Source: Deltaproteobacteria bacterium (GTDB lineage: Bacteria; Desulfobacterota; Deferrimicrobia; Deferrimicrobiales; Deferrimicrobiaceae). From it: DNA of 44,344 nt. This document shows, one piece after another, positions 25,899 to 33,657 of this stretch; position 1 is the stretch's first letter, and the number at the start of each line of letters is the position of its first letter. The stretch is taken from NCBI GenBank assembly GCA_030668225.1, contig DAOUUI010000002.1:1-44344 (forward strand), written 5' to 3'. The notes under the pieces were generated by a model. It was not told where the DNA came from and did no database searches. It saw only the letters and a list, made by a program, of their open reading frames with translations. The translations under genes and the position numbers were made by a program.

Positions 25899-26519
25899 CT
25901 ATCCCACGAGATACAGCAGCGGGAACAGGTAGATCCATACCAGGTCCACGAAGTGCCAGTATAACCCCGTGATCTCCACCGGCGTGTGGTAGCTTTCGGA
26001 ATATTTTCCCCTCCCGGCGAGGAACAGGACCGTTCCCAGCGCCGCCATCCCCGCCAGGACGTGAATGCCGTGCAGGCCGGTCAGCATGAAATAGAGCGAG
26101 AAGAAGATGTCCGTACCCGGGAACAGCCCGTGGGAGAACTTCTCCGAGTATTCCACGAACTTGATCCCCAGGAACGCCCCTGCCAGCAGGATGGTGAGGG
26201 AGAGGTACAGCCTGAGGAGCCCCACCCTCCCTTTGCGGATCGCCGCAATGCCGAGGGCGACGGTCAAGCTGCTGCCGATCAGCACAACGGTGTTGACCGC
26301 GCCCAGAACCCTGTTCAGCTTCAGGTGATCCTCGTAGAACATCTGGGGGAACTTGATCCGGAAGATGATGTAGGCCGTGAACAACCCCCCGAAGAGAAGG
26401 ACCTCGGTGGCGAGAAACGTCCAGATCCCCAGCGTTGCGGCCTCGCGGGCCGTTGCCGGGTCCATGTGGGCTTCGTGCCCTGCTGCCCCTGGCCCGTGGT
26501 GCGTGGATTGTCCGCTCAT
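25899..26519 (-). CDS. coxC: Cytochrome c oxidase subunit III
   Basis: 206 aa. Typical subunit III motifs are present (FATEVLLFGGLF..., YFMLTGLHGIHVLAG, YWHFVDLVWI). Confidence 0.9.
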   Translation of the reverse strand: MSGQSTHHGPGAAGHEAHMDPATAREAATLGIWTFLATEVLLFGGLFTAYIIFRIKFPQMFYEDHLKLNRVLGAVNTVVLIGSSLTVALGIAAIRKGRVGLLRLYLSLTILLAGAFLGIKFVEYSEKFSHGLFPGTDIFFSLYFMLTGLHGIHVLAGMAALGTVLFLAGRGKYSESYHTPVEITGLYWHFVDLVWIYLFPLLYLVG

Positions 26520-26523
26520 ATCC

Positions 26524-28149
26524 CTACGTCTGCTTTCCCGCGTATCCGTACGGCCAGTCGGTCACCGTCGGGATCTCCGGGTAGTTCTCCGTCGGCGGCG
26601 GCGACCCCGTCTGCCACTCCAGGGAGAGGGCTTTCCAGGGGTTCGGCGGGGCAGGGGGGCCCCGGAAGAGCCCGTGTACGAAGTTCGCGAACATGATGAG
26701 AATCCCCGCGGCGAGGATCCACGACCCCACCGTGGACACGATGTTCAGGGCCTGGTATTGCGCGGGGTATTCCGCGTAGCGCCGGGGCATCCCCTCGAAC
26801 CCCAGGATGAACTGGGTGAAAAAGGTGACGTTGAAGCCGATGAACATCAGCAGCCAGGCGGGACGCGCCATCTTTTCGCTCAGCATCCTGCCGGTCATTT
26901 TGGGAAACCAGTAGTGCAGGCCGGCCAGGAGCCCCATCACCGTTCCCCCCACCATCGTGTAATGAAAATGGGCGACGATGAAGTAGGTGTCGTGCACGTG
27001 GATGTCCGCCCCCAGGGCTCCCAGGAACATCCCCGTAAGCCCGCCGACGACGAAGAGAAAGATGAAGGTCAGGGCGTACAGCATGGGCGACTCGAACGTG
27101 ATGGACCCCTTGTACATCGTGGCAATCCAGTTGAAGACCTTGATCGCCGTGGGAATGGCCACGGAGTAGGTCAGGAGGGAGAAGATGATCGCCGCCGTGC
27201 TGGACATCCCGGTGACGAACATGTGGTGGCCCCAGACGAAGAACCCGAAGACGGCGATCGCCACGGAGGAATAGGCGATCGCGTTGTACCCGAAGATCGG
27301 CTTCCGGGAGAATGCCGGCACGATCTCGGAAATGATCCCCATCGCGGGGAGAATCATGACGTAGACGACGGGATGGGAGTAGAACCAGAAAAAGTGCTGG
27401 AAGAGTATGGGGTCTCCTCCCTTCGCCGGATCGAAGAACCCCACCCCGAGGACCCGCTCCATGGCGAGCAGCAGGAAGGTGATCCCCACGACCGGCGTCG
27501 CCAGCACCTGGATGATGCTCGTGGCGTACATCGACCAGATGAAAAGCGGCATCCGGTGCCACGTCATCCCCGGCGCCCGAAGCTTGTGGATCGTCACCAG
27601 GAAGTTCAGGCCCGTGAGGATGGAGGACATTCCGATGAGAAAGACTCCGAAGGAGAGGGTCGTAACGTCAGCGGCGGTCCGTGCGGAGTACGGGGTGTAG
27701 AAGGTCCACCCCGTGTCCATCGGGCGGATGAGGGAGAAAAGGATCACGACGATTCCCGCCACGAATACCCAGTAGCTAAGCAGGTTCAGCCGGGGAAACG
27801 CCACGTCCCTCGCACCGATGTGCATCGGAATGAAGAAGTTCCCGAGCCCCGAGGGGATCGCGGGGATGATGAACAGGAAGATCATCAGGGCCCCGTGCAT
27901 GGTGAACAACACGTTGTAGGTCTGGTTGGTGAATATGTACTGCCCGGGAAACATCAGCTTGATGCGGATCAGGAGAGCAAAAACGCCGCCGAGCAGAAAG
28001 AAGAAGAGGGTGGTGTACAGGTACATCACCCCGATCCGTTTGTGGTCCAGGGTATAGGCCCAGGACCAGAAACCTTTCGCCTCGAGGTATCCCCTCGGGG
28101 AGGCATCGCCGTTTGGCGGTTGTTCCCCGTTTAAGGTGGTCTCCTTCAT
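26524..28149 (-). CDS. coxA: Cytochrome c oxidase subunit I, A2-type
   Basis: Haem-copper oxidase signatures are present (FTMHGALMIF; WFYSHPVVYVMILP; HHMFVTG; VAHFHY). Helix VI carries YSHPVV instead of GHPEV. Confidence 0.95.
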   Translation of the reverse strand: MKETTLNGEQPPNGDASPRGYLEAKGFWSWAYTLDHKRIGVMYLYTTLFFFLLGGVFALLIRIKLMFPGQYIFTNQTYNVLFTMHGALMIFLFIIPAIPSGLGNFFIPMHIGARDVAFPRLNLLSYWVFVAGIVVILFSLIRPMDTGWTFYTPYSARTAADVTTLSFGVFLIGMSSILTGLNFLVTIHKLRAPGMTWHRMPLFIWSMYATSIIQVLATPVVGITFLLLAMERVLGVGFFDPAKGGDPILFQHFFWFYSHPVVYVMILPAMGIISEIVPAFSRKPIFGYNAIAYSSVAIAVFGFFVWGHHMFVTGMSSTAAIIFSLLTYSVAIPTAIKVFNWIATMYKGSITFESPMLYALTFIFLFVVGGLTGMFLGALGADIHVHDTYFIVAHFHYTMVGGTVMGLLAGLHYWFPKMTGRMLSEKMARPAWLLMFIGFNVTFFTQFILGFEGMPRRYAEYPAQYQALNIVSTVGSWILAAGILIMFANFVHGLFRGPPAPPNPWKALSLEWQTGSPPPTENYPEIPTVTDWPYGYAGKQT

Positions 28150-28224
28150 ATATTCCGGGCCTCTCCTTCCGTTTTTGCCCCTATGCGATGACGAAACGGG
28201 GCGGATGGATGCGCAACGAACTAC

Positions 28225-29526
28225 CTATTTCAACGTTTTAATGTAGACGATGATCGCGGAGAGATCCTCCTCCGGGATCTTTCCCTCGAAATCCGGCATG
28301 ACGTCGGGGAACCCCTTGACGACTTTCGCTTTGGGCCGCGCAATGGACTCCCGGATGTACGCCTCGTCCGCGGTCACCTTCCCGCCGTCCGCAAGCTCGA
28401 CCTGCCTGCCGAACAGCCCCTGAAACGAGGGTCCGACCCGGCCCGACCCGTCGACGGAGTGGCACCCCAGGCACCCGAGGGTTTCGGTCAACGCTTTCCC
28501 CTTCTGCGCCGACGGAGCTTCCTTCCCCCTTCTTTCCTCCTTCTCGACGGCCTTCTCCCCCTCCTTCTTCTTATCCTCCTCTTTGTCCCCGGAAAGGGAT
28601 CTCAGGTAGGCGATGATCGCGCCCACGTCGTCGGGGGAAAGGCTCCCTTTGAAGGTGGGCATGACGGCCGGGTACCCCTTCACCACCTTGGCCTTGGGGT
28701 CATAGATCGACTCCCGGAGGTATTCCTCGTCCGCGGTCACGGAGGTCCCGTCCGCAAGGAGGACCTTCCGGCCGAAACCTTGCCCGAGGTTGGGGCCGAT
28801 CTTCTCCTTCCCTTCAAGGGCGTGGCATCCCAGGCATCCGGACTTCTCCACGAGCGCCTTCCCCTGCTCCGCGAGAGAAAGGCCGGCCGGCGCCGCTTGT
28901 GTTTCCCGCCATGCCGCATACGCGCCGGGTTCCATCACGATCAATTCAGCGCGCATCGTGGAGTGGGCGACGCCGCAATACTCCGCGCACAGAATATCGT
29001 ACGTTCCCGCCTTGTCGGGGTGCAGATACAGGGTGGTGTACTGGCCCGGCACCATGTCCTGCTTGAGCCGATACGCCGGTATGTAGAAACTGTGGATCAC
29101 GTCATCGGAAGACAGGATGAGTTTCACGGGGCTGCCGGCGGGCACCCGAAGCTCGTTGATCGACGACCTGCCGTCGGGATACCGGAACTCGAAGAGCCAC
29201 TGCCTGCTCACGGCGTGGATGTCGGTGGCCCCGGGGGATGGCGTCCGGATGTCCCGGAACACGATATAGCCGTAGTAGAAGAAGGAGGCGACGACGATCG
29301 AGGGGATCAGGATCCAGACGGTTTCCAGGAGGAAGTTGCCCCGGATGTCGGGCGTCTCGACGCCCTCGGCCCCCTTTTGCTTTCGGTACTTGATCGCGAA
29401 ATAGATCAGCAGCCCCTCGACGAGCAGAAAGAAAAACAGGGAGACGCCGCCGATGAAGAGAAACAGGGCGTCCACCTGTACCGTCGTCCGGGATGCCGCT
29501 TCCCCCAGGGCGTACGCGTTCGCCAT
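28225..29526 (-). CDS. coxB: Cytochrome c oxidase subunit II fused to two cytochrome c domains
   Basis: Two N-terminal TM helices. The CuA site is HSFYIP...CAEYCGVAHSTM. Two CLGCH haem-c motifs (28822-28836 and 28459-28473) lie in two paralogous domains of about 95 aa. Confidence 0.9.
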   Translation of the reverse strand: MANAYALGEAASRTTVQVDALFLFIGGVSLFFFLLVEGLLIYFAIKYRKQKGAEGVETPDIRGNFLLETVWILIPSIVVASFFYYGYIVFRDIRTPSPGATDIHAVSRQWLFEFRYPDGRSSINELRVPAGSPVKLILSSDDVIHSFYIPAYRLKQDMVPGQYTTLYLHPDKAGTYDILCAEYCGVAHSTMRAELIVMEPGAYAAWRETQAAPAGLSLAEQGKALVEKSGCLGCHALEGKEKIGPNLGQGFGRKVLLADGTSVTADEEYLRESIYDPKAKVVKGYPAVMPTFKGSLSPDDVGAIIAYLRSLSGDKEEDKKKEGEKAVEKEERRGKEAPSAQKGKALTETLGCLGCHSVDGSGRVGPSFQGLFGRQVELADGGKVTADEAYIRESIARPKAKVVKGFPDVMPDFEGKIPEEDLSAIIVYIKTLK

Positions 29527-29541
29527 CGTGTTCCCCCGTCG

Positions 29542-30357
29542 TTACGAAGTGGCCCGGCCCCGCCTCCACAACACGAGGAGGAGGCTTGCGAGCAGCGCGA
29601 GCGTCAGGACCCCTCCGGCCTTCATGATGTTCCGGGCGTAGAGCGCATATTTCTTCCCCACCGGGTCGTATTGAAAGCAGAATAGCAGAACCCGGTTCAG
29701 GGTGGTCGATTCCCCGATGTTCCCCCCGGCTGCCTCGATGAGGGCCATCTTGAGATCCACGGGGTCCTGTTCGATCCCGTACAGGTAGCGGGAGATCTTC
29801 CCCCCGGGGGTCAGTACGACGACCACATCCGGATGTGCGTATTCGTTCCCGACCTTCCGGTACCGGAATCCGACGGCCCCGGTAAGGGCCCCGATGGCCT
29901 TCTCATCGCCCAGAAGGAACGGCCATCGCGACGCCGGGTCGCCTGTCCCTTCCATCCCGGCGTATATCTCGCGGGCGCGGGCACGGGCCACCTCGGGGCT
30001 GTCGTCGGGATTGATGCTGACCGTAACGATCCGGAAATCGCGGCCGAGATCGATCCCTTTTATCCCCCTTGCCGACTCGAGCAGAGTCCTGAGCACCAGG
30101 GGACACAGCATGGGGCAGGTGTAGTAGTTCAGGGTCAGAAGCGCCGGTCCACCCCTGACGTAGTCCCCCAGGCGCACTTCTTCCCCGTTCTGGTTCCGGA
30201 AGACGGCGTCCAGCGGGACCGCACCACCGAGGTTCTCGTCCACGCCGATCGACTCGAGAATGTCGTCCTGAGGGTCATGCACGGCGTGCGCGTTCAGGGA
30301 ACGGGGGAGAGCAGTCGTCCAGGCCAGCGCGAGGATCGCAATCGCGACGCAACGCAA
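29542..30357 (-). CDS. SCO1/SenC-family copper chaperone
   Basis: Thioredoxin-fold CxxxC (YYTCPMLCP). I place the start at TTG 30357, preceded by GGGAGGGG with a 7-nt spacer and directly before the TM helix (RCVAIAILALAW). The listed ATG at 30624 would add 89 low-complexity residues across a repeat-rich spacer. Confidence 0.75.
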   Translation of the reverse strand: MRCVAIAILALAWTTALPRSLNAHAVHDPQDDILESIGVDENLGGAVPLDAVFRNQNGEEVRLGDYVRGGPALLTLNYYTCPMLCPLVLRTLLESARGIKGIDLGRDFRIVTVSINPDDSPEVARARAREIYAGMEGTGDPASRWPFLLGDEKAIGALTGAVGFRYRKVGNEYAHPDVVVVLTPGGKISRYLYGIEQDPVDLKMALIEAAGGNIGESTTLNRVLLFCFQYDPVGKKYALYARNIMKAGGVLTLALLASLLLVLWRRGRATS

Positions 30358-30388
30358 GGCGTTTCCCCTCCCGGTGCCCGAGGGGCTC

Positions 30389-30610
30389 GCGGGGGGATTC
30401 CGCTCCGCTACGCTCGCGACCTTCGCCCGCTCGCTGCCATTCCGCTCGACACAATTTCCCTCTCGCTCCATAGGCCGCTGCGCGGAACCCCCCGCTGCGC
30501 CCTTGGCACCGGGTAACTCGCACGGGCATCCTCTCGCCCGCTCGCTGCCATTCCCGCTCGCCGGGGACACTCCTGATTCATCTCCGGAATACGGGAGAGG
30601 AGTGTCCCCG
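30389..30610. repeat. Structured, repeat-containing intergenic spacer
   Basis: A 26/27-nt direct repeat TCGCCCGCTCGCTGCCATTCC(C)GCTCG occurs at 30423-30448 and 30534-30560. A 14-bp long-range stem with one bulge pairs 30389-30403 with 30482-30495. A perfect 13-bp hairpin pairs 30562-30574 with 30598-30610. Confidence 0.6.
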
Positions 30611-30616
30611 CCCATC

Positions 30617-32017
30617 TCAGACATTGATCGGCCGGCGCGGGTAGGGGACCCGGGCGTTCCAGCCGAACCTCTTTCTCAGGAGTCCGGCGAACCCGACGGA
30701 CACCGACTCCTCGCCGTGCGCCACGAATACCTTTTCCGGTTTTGTCCGGAAATTCCCGGCCCAGGCGAGCAGGTCCTCCCGGTCGGCATGGGCGGACAGT
30801 CCGCCGATCGTGTAGATATCTGCGGCGACGGCAATCTCCTCCCTGAAGATCCGGACGCGTCTGGCCCCGTCCACGATCCTCCGGCCGAGAGTCCCCTGGG
30901 CCTGGAAGCCGACGATGACGACGCTGGATTCTTTCCGCCACAGGTTGTGCTTCAGGTGATGCTTGATTCGTCCCGCGTCGCACATCCCGCTTCCGGCGAG
31001 GATGATCCCCCCGCCTTGCATCCTGTTGAGCGCCATCGATTCCTCCACGCCCCTCGTGATGACGACCTTGAGCGCATCGGGGTTTTCCTCCCGCCACTCG
31101 TACATCGCCAGAGTCTCCCGGTCGAAGCACTCGGGGTGACGAAGGGTGATCCTCGTGGCCTCGGCGGCCAGGGGGGAATCGATGTAGACGGTGAGGTCCT
31201 TGACGCGTCCGCGCCGGGTGAGATCCGCAAGAAGGTAAATGATGTCCTGGGTGCGGCCGACGGCGAAAGCCGGGATGATCACGTTTCCGCCCTTTCGATT
31301 GAGGGTGTCCGTTACGGCGTGAACGAACTCCTCGCCGGTATCTTCCATCCCTTTATGCACCCGGTTTCCGTAGGTGGACTCCATCACCACCACGTCCGCC
31401 CGTTCCACCTTCGTGGGGTCGCGTACGATGGGCAAGCCCCTGTGTCCGATGTCGCCGGTGAACACCAGCGTCCGTTCCCGACTGCCGTCGCGGATGGAAA
31501 CGATGAGCATTGCGGACCCGAGGATGTGCCCCGCGTCCACGAACGTGGCGCGGACACCGGGAGCGGGCTCGATCGTCTCCCTGTATCCGACCGGGGACAG
31601 GCGGGGAAACACCGCCAGTGCATCCGCCTCGGTGTAGAGTGGGGGGAAATCCTTCCGGCCCCCCCGCTTCCGCCTCTTGCTCTTCCACTGCGCCTCCCTC
31701 TCCTGGATATGGCCCGAGTCTGGGAGCATGACCCGGAGAAGGTCGGCCGTCGCGGAAGTGGTATAGATGGGGCCTCGAAACCCGTCCCGGACGATCCTGG
31801 GAAGAATACCCGAATGGTCGATGTGCGCGTGCGTGCACAGGACAAAGTCGATCGAGGAGAGCGGCACGGGAAACGTCCTTTCGTTCTTCCGGTCGCTTTC
31901 CCTCCCCCCCTGGAACATCCCGCAATCCACGAGGGACCGCGTCGTGCCCCCCGGCACCCGGCTGCAGGAACCGGTGACCTCCCGCACTCCCCCCAGGAAC
32001 TCGATCGATATGCTCAC
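30617..32017 (-). CDS. MBL-fold beta-CASP ribonuclease (RNase J/CPSF73-like)
   Basis: GTG at 32017 overlaps the upstream stop (GTGA). It has the HAHIDHSG motif and a beta-CASP and RNA-specificity region (GGLSAHAD). Confidence 0.85.
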   Translation of the reverse strand: MSISIEFLGGVREVTGSCSRVPGGTTRSLVDCGMFQGGRESDRKNERTFPVPLSSIDFVLCTHAHIDHSGILPRIVRDGFRGPIYTTSATADLLRVMLPDSGHIQEREAQWKSKRRKRGGRKDFPPLYTEADALAVFPRLSPVGYRETIEPAPGVRATFVDAGHILGSAMLIVSIRDGSRERTLVFTGDIGHRGLPIVRDPTKVERADVVVMESTYGNRVHKGMEDTGEEFVHAVTDTLNRKGGNVIIPAFAVGRTQDIIYLLADLTRRGRVKDLTVYIDSPLAAEATRITLRHPECFDRETLAMYEWREENPDALKVVITRGVEESMALNRMQGGGIILAGSGMCDAGRIKHHLKHNLWRKESSVVIVGFQAQGTLGRRIVDGARRVRIFREEIAVAADIYTIGGLSAHADREDLLAWAGNFRTKPEKVFVAHGEESVSVGFAGLLRKRFGWNARVPYPRRPINV

Positions 32018-32358
32018 GGTACGACCCGCGTCAGGATCCCGGAGATCACGCTGATCAGAACCGATCCCGCGACGGCCCCGAAGAAACCGTTTACATGAAA
32101 GCCGGGGACCATCCCGGAGACGAACCACAGGAGCAGCCCGTTGATCACCAGGAGAAAGACCCCGAGGGTGAGCACGGTGACAGGAAGCGTGAGAAGAACG
32201 AAGAGCGGGCGGATCACGGCGTTCACCAGCCCCAGAACGAAAGCCGCGCTCAGTGCGGCCATTGCTCCCTCGGCCAACATCACTTTCGGGAGCAGGTAGG
32301 CGATCAGGAGAATCGCAATGGCATTGGCTCCCATGCGGATGACAAACGGCACTTCCAC
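32014..32358 (-). CDS. DUF360 / 'phage holin 4' family small membrane protein
   Basis: About 114 aa with four hydrophobic helices (ANAIAILLIAYLLP...VNAVIRPLFVLLTLPVTVLTLGVFLLVINGLLLW), typical of PF04020-type proteins. The start is ambiguous among GTG 32358, GTG 32352 and ATG 32334. Confidence 0.75.
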   Translation of the reverse strand: MEVPFVIRMGANAIAILLIAYLLPKVMLAEGAMAALSAAFVLGLVNAVIRPLFVLLTLPVTVLTLGVFLLVINGLLLWFVSGMVPGFHVNGFFGAVAGSVLISVISGILTRVVP

Positions 32359-32399
32359 TCCCTCCCGGGGGTCAGGCTACAAGGAACTCTGCTCGCCGG

Positions 32400-33626
32400 T
32401 CAATGGACCTTCTTCTTCGGCATCCGGAAAAAGGTGATCTCCGCAGGCGTCTCGACCCCGTCCCGGCTAAGGACAAGAGAGGCGCTGTCCCCCTCCTTCT
32501 TCTCCTCCATACGGTAGAGGATGTCGGTCATATCCTCCACGGCCTGCCCGTCGAACGACACGAACGCGTCCCCCGGACGGATGTCGGCCTTCTCGGCGGG
32601 CGAGCCTTCCACGACGCTCCGGACGGATACCTTCCCCTCCTTTTCGGAAAGAAGGACTCCCATCCGGACACGCTTCCCCTCCAGTCCCTCGTAGGGGACG
32701 TACCAGGTGAAATCGGAAGGCAGCAGCGGCAATGCCGGCAGGTCCACTTCCATGATCTGATCCTCTTTCTCCTTGGGAATCTCGACTTCCATGACCGAAA
32801 CGATGACGTAGGAGACCGGCATCCTGCGGACCACCTTCTTCGGAAGGCCGAAGCCATACCGGACGTGCCACCCTCCCGTAAGCGTCACCATCTTCTTCCC
32901 CTCCCCGCGGGGGCTTTTCAAGTAGTCCGCGATTCGTTCCGCCATCGTCTCCTCCCAGAGCATCTGCACCCGGAAGAAGGACTCGAACATCCCTTCGCTG
33001 GGAAGGTGGCTCCCGTACACCGCTTTCATCGCCGCATGCTGGTAGGGGTCCGTCTCTCCGATCTCGGGAAGGGCCGACCGAAGGGACTCCGGGACGTTGT
33101 CCAGCCCCGACCGGCTCACCGCCTCCTGGAGTTCCTTCGACGGGTTGAGAGCAACGACGTCGATCCGGTTCTCTTTCGCGAACGCGAGGATCTCCCGGTA
33201 ATAGCCGAAATCCGAGCCCCAGTTTTCGTACCATTTCGCGGCTTTCAGGAACTCCCGCTCGGTGAGTTCCCCCCTCGTCCATCGGTCGAGGACTTCCTGC
33301 TGGGCGTCTCGGAACATCTCCATCCCGATGGCGACCCTGCCGGGAAAGCGGCGGAAAAGATCCCGGATGACGTCGAGTTCGACGCGGTGGGCGTGGATGT
33401 TGTCGTGCGTCTCTCCCACGCAGACGAGGGTCGCGCCGGAGATCATCTCCATCGCACCGTCCCGGGACACCTTCAATCCGGTGGGAAGATGGTAGATCTC
33501 CCCCGCCTCCGGCTTCCCCTTCAGGGGATACGGCACCTCCTCCCCCGAACGGGATACCAGCCCGTGCCCCGCACACCCCGTAAGCAGGAACGCCCCCGCC
33601 AGTGCAAACCATCCGATGCTGCGCAT
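32400..33626 (-). CDS. ChaN/Tiki-superfamily lipoprotein with C-terminal PDZ domain
   Basis: ATG at 33626. Lipobox AFLLTG|C. It has the ChaN-type VCVGETHDNIHAH motif. The C-terminal PDZ is GVLLSEKEGKVSVRSVVEGSPAEKADIRPGDAFVSFDG. Confidence 0.8.
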   Translation of the reverse strand: MRSIGWFALAGAFLLTGCAGHGLVSRSGEEVPYPLKGKPEAGEIYHLPTGLKVSRDGAMEMISGATLVCVGETHDNIHAHRVELDVIRDLFRRFPGRVAIGMEMFRDAQQEVLDRWTRGELTEREFLKAAKWYENWGSDFGYYREILAFAKENRIDVVALNPSKELQEAVSRSGLDNVPESLRSALPEIGETDPYQHAAMKAVYGSHLPSEGMFESFFRVQMLWEETMAERIADYLKSPRGEGKKMVTLTGGWHVRYGFGLPKKVVRRMPVSYVIVSVMEVEIPKEKEDQIMEVDLPALPLLPSDFTWYVPYEGLEGKRVRMGVLLSEKEGKVSVRSVVEGSPAEKADIRPGDAFVSFDGQAVEDMTDILYRMEEKKEGDSASLVLSRDGVETPAEITFFRMPKKKVH

Positions 33627-33657
33627 CTTACAAGGCCCTCCCCCGAATGACCTCCCC

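Noticed and set aside
26377-28134. 585-aa plus-strand ORF opposite cytochrome oxidase subunit I
   Set aside because: It is an antisense shadow with extreme charged, Arg/Asp/His/Pro-rich composition. Subunit I on the minus strand is unambiguous.
30504-30520. TGGCAC (sigma-54 -24-like) on the plus strand
   Set aside because: The -12 position reads AACT rather than TTGC, and there is no plus-strand gene downstream.
30358-30624. 89-residue N-terminal extension of the Sco protein from ATG 30624
   Set aside because: The sequence is low-complexity with a duplicated NGSERA caused by the DNA direct repeat. It would overlap the RNase stop and run through strong hairpins. A TTG with a good SD sits right before the TM helix. 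The question is kept open in the findings because proteomics could overturn this.
30374-32098. 574-aa plus-strand ORF opposite the beta-CASP RNase
   Set aside because: It is an antisense shadow. The minus frame has the HxHxDH and beta-CASP motifs.
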